Virus record (IMG/VR): IMGVR_UViG_3300002461_000783 | Location: 1 to 10,539 of that record | From: a virus | DNA length: 10,539 nt | Direction: 5' to 3' (one strand) | Shown here: positions 4,622 to 10,531 of the stretch, in pieces | Numbering within the stretch: position 1 is the stretch's first letter | How the letters are laid out: each line of letters starts with the position of its first letter | Program-made: the position numbers and the translations under genes | Notes under the pieces: model-generated | The model's input: only the letters and a program-made list of their open reading frames with translations | The model's database searches: none | Told to the model about the DNA's origin: nothing

Positions 4622-5187
4622 CAGCCCTCGATCACATGCACGTTATTACCAGCCGACGCGCTGGATCGGATGCCACTGATTTCCCCGGTTGGAATAAAAC
4701 CCGGCTCCCAAACTCCACCGGCCGGAATCTCCAGGCAGGCCGCATCAGCGGTCGCAGCGGCGCCGTCACACCGCACCCACAGCGAAAGCGACGCGTGCGA
4801 ATTCTGGATCAGAACGTATTTCCTACCGGCATTTGCAGCCAGAATCTGCGCGCTTGTATTCGTGATGGCCTTCGCCGCCGGCGTATGCGCGCCAGTCGGG
4901 CCATTAGTAAGCGCCACCGCACCAGTCACACGATCAGCGCCCACTCGCCCCTGATAGACATCGAGAACGACGGTCTGAGCACCCGGCGCAGTGACGCGCA
5001 CCTCATCGAACCCGCCTTCAGGGTTGGCGTAGTAACCACTCGAAGCCGAGCGCAGATTTTCAGCGAGCAATTTGCCGCCGCGATAAAAATCAACGTTAAC
5101 CAGGGACGCCGACTCCAGTCTAAAAAAATCTCCCCGCGCGTAGTAAGCTTTAACCTGCCCAGCGGTGAACGGCTCATTGATTCGCAT
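4621..5187 (-). CDS. Beta-rich structural protein (188 aa); candidate penton/vertex base
   Basis: ATG at 5185-5187 is preceded by AGGGG about 8 nt upstream. It has no TM and is rich in beta-strand-type sequence. It sits directly upstream of the collar protein and is coupled to it. The functional call is inferred from position. Confidence 0.75.
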   Translation of the reverse strand: MRINEPFTAGQVKAYYARGDFFRLESASLVNVDFYRGGKLLAENLRSASSGYYANPEGGFDEVRVTAPGAQTVVLDVYQGRVGADRVTGAVALTNGPTGAHTPAAKAITNTSAQILAANAGRKYVLIQNSHASLSLWVRCDGAAATADAACLEIPAGGVWEPGFIPTGEISGIRSSASAGNNVHVIEG

Positions 5188-5190
5188 CGG

Positions 5191-5673
5191 TCAACCCCTA
5201 AAAGACTTCACGGCCACGATGGCAACCGCAGCGATCACGCCATAGGCCACCAGGCGCTTTGCATCGCCCTCACCCTTTGCGTTGTCGTATGCCGTGGCGA
5301 CGATGGCGCCCGACGCCTTTACGATATCGGCATTTTTGTCGAGCACCTGGAAGGACTTGTCGAACACACGATCAACCAGGCCGAGCAGCTGCTGCGCGCT
5401 CTGGCCCTGCAGGGCATCGCCGGCCTTCAGCAGATCAATGCCGGCGCGCGCGAACTCGAAGGACTGAGTAATCGCGCCGTTGTCCAGCGCGGTGACGTTG
5501 ACCGTCGAACTGTCCGAACTAATGCCGATGCCCTGGTCAACGACCAGGCGCTTGTCGATATTCTGAGTCGTGGTCTCATTGGAAGAACTAGACCCGCCGC
5601 CGCCGCCGTTACACGGCGCCCGCTTCGATCCTGGCTGAACACCCCAGCCGCAGCCGATGGGCTCCATCATCAC
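5191..5673 (-). CDS. Membrane-anchored protein (160 aa), C-terminal TM and a Gly/Ser-rich N-terminal region
   Basis: The GTG/ATG/ATG start cluster at 5665-5673 overlaps the upstream TGA. The C-terminal TM is LVAYGVIAAVAIVAV. Confidence 0.7.
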   Translation of the reverse strand: MMMEPIGCGWGVQPGSKRAPCNGGGGGSSSSNETTTQNIDKRLVVDQGIGISSDSSTVNVTALDNGAITQSFEFARAGIDLLKAGDALQGQSAQQLLGLVDRVFDKSFQVLDKNADIVKASGAIVATAYDNAKGEGDAKRLVAYGVIAAVAIVAVKSFRG

Positions 5674-6134
5674 GCAGCCACCTTGCCGAGGACCACACCG
5701 CGCGGCGAGTAGCCCAGGCGCGCGAACGCCTGGACAACAGACCGGCGCGCCGACATGACTCGAAACGAAGACACACCTCTAAACTGGCGCTCAAGCGCGG
5801 CGATCAACGCAGGAAAGCGGCTTCGAGCGAACGGCAACCGGCCCGCAGCCGCGTCGATCACCCCTTCAGCGCCCAGCTCGCGCACCTCGACGCGCAACAC
5901 TACACAGCCCAGCACTTCGCCATCATGGTCGATCACGTCGAACAGCACGGACCGTCCAGACGCAACGTCACAGCGCAGGCTTTCAGCGGTCATCATCGGA
6001 TCGGCGACCAGGGCGCGCGCCAGCCGCTCAGCGTGCGACGGCAGCCAGGCAGAGGGGCGCAGCGTCAGGCTTTTTTCTTGATCCACACGATCCCCGCGAG
6101 AGTGAGAGCAACGACACCGGTAGCCAGCAGCCAC
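5670..6134 (-). CDS. Hypothetical protein with GNAT-like (acetyltransferase-fold) sequence topology; start uncertain
   Basis: The ORF-track start is GTG at 6134, which gives a 70-nt overlap with the upstream gene. Alternatives are GTG at 6084-6086 (GGGGA 4 nt upstream) and ATG at 5994-5996. The pattern LTLRP...(helix)...VIDHDGEVLGCVVLRVE...GVIDAAAG...ALIAALERQF..FRVMS..SVVQAFARLGYSPRG resembles the GNAT beta1-alpha-beta2-4-alpha3-beta5-alpha4-beta6 order. The glycine-rich CoA loop is not evident. Confidence 0.55.
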   Translation of the reverse strand: MAAGYRCRCSHSRGDRVDQEKSLTLRPSAWLPSHAERLARALVADPMMTAESLRCDVASGRSVLFDVIDHDGEVLGCVVLRVEVRELGAEGVIDAAAGRLPFARSRFPALIAALERQFRGVSSFRVMSARRSVVQAFARLGYSPRGVVLGKVAA

Positions 6135-6385
6135 GAAGGCACGCCGGCGGTTTTTGACGACGTCGCATTGCCCGGCCCAAAGTCAACGACGAAGCCGGAA
6201 TTGTCAAACGTGATTGTGTTTGCCGAATCGACGCGAGACGGCCCCGCAGAACTTGGGGCCAGCGCCTTCGACAAGATCGGCGACGCGGCAGAGAACCAGG
6301 CCAAAGCCGGATTGCCGGCGGCAGCGGCCCCTACGATACGACCAGGCCCATCCGTGCCCGCCACGCCATCAGCCCAATCAGACAT
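6065..6385 (-). CDS. Tail-anchored small membrane protein (106 aa)
   Basis: ATG at 6383-6385. The C-terminal TM is WLLATGVVALTLAGIVWI, followed by KKKA. Confidence 0.7.
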   Translation of the reverse strand: MSDWADGVAGTDGPGRIVGAAAAGNPALAWFSAASPILSKALAPSSAGPSRVDSANTITFDNSGFVVDFGPGNATSSKTAGVPSWLLATGVVALTLAGIVWIKKKA

Positions 6386-6395
6386 GGCGAGCCGT

Positions 6396-6680
6396 TCACT
6401 TCAGGGCAAGGTAGGCGACACCGCCGACAACCAGCACCCCGGCGACCAGCAACAGCGGCGAGATACCGCCAATCATCGCGCCAGGCTGTCCCCTGGTGTA
6501 AAGGCCACCGTTGGCACCCATGCCCAACTGGCGAGCCACGTCATTCACCTGATAGGCCTGCAGGGTTTCCGAATCGACGTATCGACCGAAGCCATAAGAC
6601 ACCAGCTGCTGCCACCACTCTTCACCGGCGACCAGGCCGGGCGGCGGCGTGACCGTCACCGGGTTTCCGTAGTGCTGCAT
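6396..6680 (-). CDS. Tail-anchored small membrane protein (94 aa; 95 aa if started at GTG 6683)
   Basis: ATG at 6678-6680 lies 5 nt after GGGGG. The C-terminal TM is ISPLLLVAGVLVVGGVAYLAL. Confidence 0.7.
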   Translation of the reverse strand: MQHYGNPVTVTPPPGLVAGEEWWQQLVSYGFGRYVDSETLQAYQVNDVARQLGMGANGGLYTRGQPGAMIGGISPLLLVAGVLVVGGVAYLALK

Positions 6681-6689
6681 CACAGCCCC

Positions 6690-7496
6690 CTAGTTGTTAA
6701 CGAGCGGATCCAGCAGCTCCATCACCACCGTCACATTGCCAGCACCGCTTACAGTGACATACCACTCATGAGTGTTGGCGTTTGCGGCATTGTGGACATT
6801 GCTGAGATTGCCGTCCTCGATGAAGTCGATGCATACGCAGTTGGCTTGCGGGGTGCGCTGATACTCGCCGAGCACGAAGTCATTCAGCGCATCATTGCGG
6901 TTCCAGACCTCGATGCCGTTTTTCTTCACGCGCGCGGCAGTGACCGTCGAGCCAAAAAAGTGCGCGCGCTTGATGAACGACCCAGCCTGTTTGCCGAACG
7001 GAATGTCCACGGGGAATTCGCCAGCGGCGCCGAAGTTCTGCGTGTAGCTAAGCACCTTGGCGATCAGGCCGCTGTAGCTAGGATCATTCTGCGGCGCAGC
7101 CGACACCTGGGCGATAGCCGACAGCGTCGGCGAAGTCGCGCCGCCGATATCAATCTCGACATTCAGATCACGAATGCCGCTGCTGACGGTATCCAGGCAG
7201 CCGACCTTTTGACCCTGAATCGTTCGGGCGCGGATTTCCGCAAAGTCGAGCACCAGGTAAGCAGCGGCGGCAGTGATGCCACGGTGCTGCATACGAGTGT
7301 CGATGCGGGAGCCGGTGTCTTCGACAATGGTCTTGCCGTTCGCCTGCACCTTCACGTTGGTAATTTGCGCCTTGGTGAACGTGCCACCCAAGGTGTAAAT
7401 CACGCGGTCTATGGTGTAGCCGAGCAGGTTGTTCCATTTGCCGCTGGCTTTGCTGTTCGCGGCGACGCCGGCCAGCGGATTGACAACGATATCCAT
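6690..7496 (-). CDS. Major capsid protein, corticovirus P2-like (predicted double jelly-roll), 268 aa
   Basis: The protein is beta-rich with no TM. Its size is essentially that of PM2 P2 (~269 aa). It lies between the packaging ATPase block and the small membrane proteins. Local strings (PTLSAIAQ, ITNVKVQANGK, CIDFIEDGN) resemble my unverified recollection of PM2 P2. SD AAGGGA lies upstream of ATG 7494-7496. Confidence 0.8.
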   Translation of the reverse strand: MDIVVNPLAGVAANSKASGKWNNLLGYTIDRVIYTLGGTFTKAQITNVKVQANGKTIVEDTGSRIDTRMQHRGITAAAAYLVLDFAEIRARTIQGQKVGCLDTVSSGIRDLNVEIDIGGATSPTLSAIAQVSAAPQNDPSYSGLIAKVLSYTQNFGAAGEFPVDIPFGKQAGSFIKRAHFFGSTVTAARVKKNGIEVWNRNDALNDFVLGEYQRTPQANCVCIDFIEDGNLSNVHNAANANTHEWYVTVSGAGNVTVVMELLDPLVNN

Positions 7497-7523
7497 GTTT
7501 TTTCCCTTTGGATTCGCCGACGA

Positions 7524-7646
7524 TTACAGCGATTCGGACAGCAGCGGAACCTGGGTTTTTTTCAGCATCGGGCGCACGACCAGGTTGGTCAGCACCATGA
7601 AGCCGACGAAGGTGGCGTAGGCCACAGCGAGTTTTTTCACGTCCAT
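7524..7646 (-). CDS. Small membrane protein (40 aa); absent from the ORF track
   Basis: My translation: MDVKKLAVAYATFVGFMVLTNLVVRPMLKKTQVPLLSESL. ATG at 7644-7646 is preceded by GGAGA about 8 nt upstream, and the stop is TAA at 7524-7526. It sits directly upstream of the capsid gene. Confidence 0.6.
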   Translation of the reverse strand: MDVKKLAVAYATFVGFMVLTNLVVRPMLKKTQVPLLSESL

Positions 7647-7664
7647 GAATGAAAATCTCCGGTT

Positions 7665-7706
7665 ATAAAAAGGGCGCACCTAGTGCGACGGCCGCATGGT
7701 GCGCTC
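7665..7706 (-). terminator. Candidate terminator/attenuator between the ATPase gene and the capsid block
   Basis: The minus-strand RNA reads GAGCGCACC a UGCG gccgu CGCA cua GGUGCGCCC. The outer 7-9 bp stem pairs 7698-7706 with 7672-7680, and there is an inner 4-bp stem. UUUUUAUAA follows. The hairpin lies 33 nt after the ATPase stop and ends about 10 nt before the SD of the 40-aa gene. Confidence 0.5.
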
Positions 7707-7738
7707 CCCGGAGCAAGGGACGCAAACGCCTTATAACC

Positions 7739-8386
7739 TCAGGAAATTGCCCGCGTCAGGTCTTTGAGCGAAACGCCTTCGGCCGTCAGATCACCTGTAA
7801 CAAGGTTCTTGACCAGCCACTGACGCGGCCGCAGCTGCCGCAGCAGATTAATGTTCACGTCGATGGCATCGGCCACCGCTTTTTTATCGCCAGCACTCGA
7901 CAGTTTGCCGACGCGGATCATGGTGCAGTTTGAAAAAAACGTCTTATCGAGCAACGCCGGCCGCTGCGACGTGCCGACCACCATCAGCCCGTAATGACGT
8001 CCACCGGTGACCACTTCAAGCCAGCCAGGCGGCGAGTATCCGGCCTTTGTCACTAAGGCCAATTCCTCGATGACCAGCATCACATCGCGCACCGCCAGCG
8101 CCGCGCGGCAGAACACGGCGAACTGTTCACGCATCCGCAGCTCCGTGGACTTGTCCGGCTGGTAGACCAGGGCGAAGCGACCGCGCCCGACCTTGCGCAG
8201 CTCCGCCACCAGGTCAGCCGTGCGGCCCTTGATGACCTTGCCGACGTGGCCATATTCGCGCATCGCATCCCACACCATCAGGCGCGGCGGTTTCGTGGCC
8301 AGCACCTGTTTGACGAAGTGAGATTTACCCGAACCGGTCGAGCCGATCACCGCGACGAACGCGGCCTGGTTGTCTGAACCTTTCAC
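7739..8386 (-). CDS. Genome-packaging ATPase, FtsK/HerA-superfamily P9-like (215 aa)
   Basis: Walker A is GSTGSGKS (8321-8344). A Walker B-like VMLVIEE is present, followed downstream by GGRHYGLMVVGTSQRP. The small size and the position next to the capsid gene match the ATPases of membrane-containing tailless phages. The GTG start forms a GTGA overlap. Confidence 0.85.
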   Translation of the reverse strand: MKGSDNQAAFVAVIGSTGSGKSHFVKQVLATKPPRLMVWDAMREYGHVGKVIKGRTADLVAELRKVGRGRFALVYQPDKSTELRMREQFAVFCRAALAVRDVMLVIEELALVTKAGYSPPGWLEVVTGGRHYGLMVVGTSQRPALLDKTFFSNCTMIRVGKLSSAGDKKAVADAIDVNINLLRQLRPRQWLVKNLVTGDLTAEGVSLKDLTRAIS

Positions 8387-8853
8387 GGCACCGGCTTTGG
8401 TGTCGGCGCGCCAGGCGGCGGCTGGTGGCCTTGATGCGTAGAGTGCCGCAGCACCTCGACGGTATCGAATCCCAGCATGGCCAGGGCACCGATGGCGACC
8501 AGGTATTGCATCGCCACGCTATTGGTCGCGTTGATACCCCAGCGGTCAAGCACCGGCGCGACGGCCTCACCGACCATCGCGCAGCGATGCTCCGTGTAAA
8601 CACGCTTCACCGCCGGGTATCGCATCGCCATCAAGTTTCCAGACCCGAGCAGCACACCAGCGACCAAGCGAGCGGTCGAAATCGAATGCTCGCCGGCCCC
8701 GGCCCGGTCATCACCAGGCGGCTGCGCGCCGCCGGCTGGTGGCGGGTCTTCGCCGCCGTTGTCTACGCGCGCCGCTTCGGCCGCCAGCTGGTCCAGATCG
8801 GGATTGCCGGCGGTTTCGCCCTCGCCTGGCTGCGCCTGTTCCGCTTCGTTCAT
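8383..8853 (-). CDS. Hypothetical protein (156 aa): acidic, Pro/Gly-rich N-terminus and two hydrophobic segments; coupled to the ATPase
   Basis: ATGA overlap at 8850-8853 with the upstream gene and GTGA overlap with the ATPase start. Hydrophobic stretches are ARLVAGVLLGSGNLMAM and MQYLVAIGALAMLGF. Confidence 0.7.
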   Translation of the reverse strand: MNEAEQAQPGEGETAGNPDLDQLAAEAARVDNGGEDPPPAGGAQPPGDDRAGAGEHSISTARLVAGVLLGSGNLMAMRYPAVKRVYTEHRCAMVGEAVAPVLDRWGINATNSVAMQYLVAIGALAMLGFDTVEVLRHSTHQGHQPPPGAPTPKPVP

Positions 8854-9170
8854 CGACCACCCCCGAGAACGTCGAGCGCATCAGAGAACATGCCGCGCTT
8901 TTTCTCCGGTTTTTTTTCCGGTTTCGGTTCCGCCGGTTTTTCGGCGACCGGCGCGGCCGGTGCCGGATCGACGGCAGCCGGCGCGCTGGCCGGCAGCGAT
9001 GACCGGATGCCGCGATCACCGCGACCGGAGAGCGTACGGAACATCGACGTGCAGCAATCAAAAATGATGTAGGCGCGGCCGTTCGATCCCTGGCGCGCTT
9101 CCGCTTCACCGACCGCACCGCAGGCCGGACACTTCGCCGAACTTTGCCCGAGGACTTTTTTATCGGCCAT
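8850..9170 (-). CDS. Zinc-ribbon-like small protein (106 aa) with a Pro/Lys/Glu repeat tail; candidate transcription factor
   Basis: ATG at 9168-9170 is preceded by GAAGGGG. The sequence has CPAC ... (about 22 aa) ... CC, then APAAPVAEKPAEPKPEKKPEKK. Confidence 0.72.
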   Translation of the reverse strand: MADKKVLGQSSAKCPACGAVGEAEARQGSNGRAYIIFDCCTSMFRTLSGRGDRGIRSSLPASAPAAVDPAPAAPVAEKPAEPKPEKKPEKKRGMFSDALDVLGGGR

Positions 9171-9339
9171 CGTTCACCCCTTCCAGTTTTTCGATGCGCT
9201 GGATCAGCTCATCGATGATCGTTACCGCATCGGCCAGCGCAGCGCGCGCATCATGCGGCACAAAACCCACCGCCAGCGGATTGGCCAGAAGCCGCGCCGT
9301 CGCAGTTTTCAAGTTCTTCATACGTTCGTTCGTCGTCAT
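9160..9339 (-). CDS. Small helical protein (59 aa), overlapping the rep 3' end; internal part of ORF-track entry 9160-9564
   Basis: ATG at 9337-9339 is preceded by AAGGG about 9 nt upstream. Product: MTTNERMKNLKTATARLLANPLAVGFVPHDARAALADAVTIIDELIQRIEKLEGVNDGR. Over the 9251-9339 overlap, hand-counted GC3 is 19/29 in this frame against 13/29 in the rep frame. Upstream of 9339 this frame is Arg/Cys-rich junk. Confidence 0.55.
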   Translation of the reverse strand: MTTNERMKNLKTATARLLANPLAVGFVPHDARAALADAVTIIDELIQRIEKLEGVNDGR

Positions 9340-10531
9340 CAGGCGGCCCTTTGTCTGGTGGGCGTTCCTGTTCCATCTGCCGCAGCGCGAGCAGAACGCC
9401 CTGCACCCCCGCCGCGCCTTCACGTTCAGCCCACAGCAGCACCTGATACCGCGCGCGATGGCGCAGCACCAATGCCCAATCGTCTTTGGTAAGCGTGGCG
9501 ACGGTTTCGAACTCCGGCGCGTTCGCCTGCTGTTCCAGGATTTCATCGTCTGCCGCTTCGTCATCGAGGCCCAGACGCGCGCGCAGCCCTGGCGACCATG
9601 TCAGCTGCCGGCGACCTTTAAAGGCCCAGTAGAATTCCCGGAACAGCTGCGCGGCTTGCTGGTCACCTTTTCCCACCGCCACCAGCAGCGTGAACGGCGT
9701 CGAGCCGCGCATGGAATGGGAAACCTTGCTCTGCCCCTTCACCATTTCCCGCGCTGCGCCCCAGGTAGCGCCGGCATCAAGCTTCGCCTTGAATGACGGT
9801 TCATGCCCGAACTTGGCGACATACTCCGCAGCGAAATCACCGCCGCGCACATCGAAGGAATGCGCGTTGATATCGTTCAGCTGGTCCGCGCCGGCCGCGC
9901 CGGTTTTCAGCAGCGCCGACACCCAGGCCGCGCGCAGCTGTTCGAACAGCGGCAGCTGGTCCGGCTGGGCAAAAATCAGAATGTGAAAGTGAGGATGCCA
10001 GCCATGCCAGCTGCCCCAGGTGCATTCCAGGGCGCGAATCGTGCCGATGGCGCCGGCCGCCGTCATCACCGAGCGCCACGCCTTCGACTGCTTCAGCCGC
10101 TGCGACGTGGCCGCTGCCACCTTCAGCAGACCGGACAAATTGTCCGCCCTCACATGCGGCAGCGTCAGCGTCATCAGGTAGACCGCCCCGCCCTGCTTCG
10201 CCCAGGCTTCGATTGCCCGCTGCAGATCGTGGCGGCGTTCCTCCGTGATGATGCCGCTGCAGATCGGGCAGGCCCAGACGTTCGAACAGCTTTCCAGCCC
10301 GCCGAATACCGCTTTGTTCCTGGCATGATCGACGCGCACCTGCACCGTGCCGACCGTTCGCCATCGATGGCAGGTGCAGACCCGTTCTTGCTTTTTGCCG
10401 ACCTCGCCCCTGGCCGGTTCAAACATCAGGTTGGACGCGACCCGCTGCAGCCGATACCGGCCGGCGCGCTCAGAATCCGGCGCTTTTTGCGGATTTCCGC
10501 CGGCCGGCCGGTCAACCGATTTTGCGATCAT
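9251..10531 (-). CDS. rep: Rolling-circle replication initiator, HUH superfamily (Rep_1/pC194-phage type), 426 aa
   Basis: Motif I is YLMTLTLP. Motif II is WHPHFHILIF (H181-F-H183 at 9983-9991). Motif III is AAEYVAKF (Y237 at 9821-9823, Y-x-x-K). An N-terminal Cys cluster reads VCTCH...SCSNVWACPIC. ATG is at 10529-10531. The last ~30 codons have low GC3 and overlap the 59-aa ORF. Confidence 0.92.
   Translation of the reverse strand: MIAKSVDRPAGGNPQKAPDSERAGRYRLQRVASNLMFEPARGEVGKKQERVCTCHRWRTVGTVQVRVDHARNKAVFGGLESCSNVWACPICSGIITEERRHDLQRAIEAWAKQGGAVYLMTLTLPHVRADNLSGLLKVAAATSQRLKQSKAWRSVMTAAGAIGTIRALECTWGSWHGWHPHFHILIFAQPDQLPLFEQLRAAWVSALLKTGAAGADQLNDINAHSFDVRGGDFAAEYVAKFGHEPSFKAKLDAGATWGAAREMVKGQSKVSHSMRGSTPFTLLVAVGKGDQQAAQLFREFYWAFKGRRQLTWSPGLRARLGLDDEAADDEILEQQANAPEFETVATLTKDDWALVLRHRARYQVLLWAEREGAAGVQGVLLALRQMEQERPPDKGPPDDDERTYEELENCDGAASGQSAGGGFCAA

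Larger units (their letters stand above)
1..10445. mobile_element. One complete unit of a circular corticovirus-like (PM2-type, tailless internal-membrane phage) genome or episome, unit length 10,445 bp
   Basis: Bases 1-94 are identical to 10446-10539 (direct, exact), so the window is a circle plus overlap. Content: HUH Rep, small regulators, P-loop packaging ATPase, ~268-aa beta-rich capsid protein, many small single-TM proteins, spike/collar proteins, lysozyme. No integrase, tail, portal or large terminase. Confidence 0.7.

Noticed and set aside
5925-7652. Long plus-strand ORFs: 575 aa here, plus 141-848, 2546-3070, 3028-3822, 3513-4004, 4196-4954, 4603-5712, 8425-9072 and 9194-9796
   Set aside because: Their products are Arg/Ala/Pro/His-rich with no motifs. 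They lie antisense to minus-strand genes that have recognisable domains and coupled starts. This is the typical shadow-ORF behaviour of high-GC DNA.
7739-8386. Reading the element as a filamentous phage (RCR Rep plus Zot-like P-loop ATPase plus DUF3653)
   Set aside because: Inoviruses have ~50-aa coat proteins and no lysozyme. This element has a 268-aa beta-rich capsid candidate, a GH24 lysozyme, collar and spike genes and a 215-aa ATPase without a Zot membrane domain.
8900-8945. CCGGTTT-type short tandem repeats as a non-coding repeat array or mini-CRISPR
   Set aside because: They are in frame within gene 8850-9170 and encode the KPEKKPEKK low-complexity tail. There is no spacer-repeat architecture.
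9837-10422. Alternative-frame minus-strand ORFs inside rep (9837-10364 and 10174-10422)
   Set aside because: They lie entirely within the motif-bearing rep frame, and their products are Arg/Gly/Ala-rich with no features.
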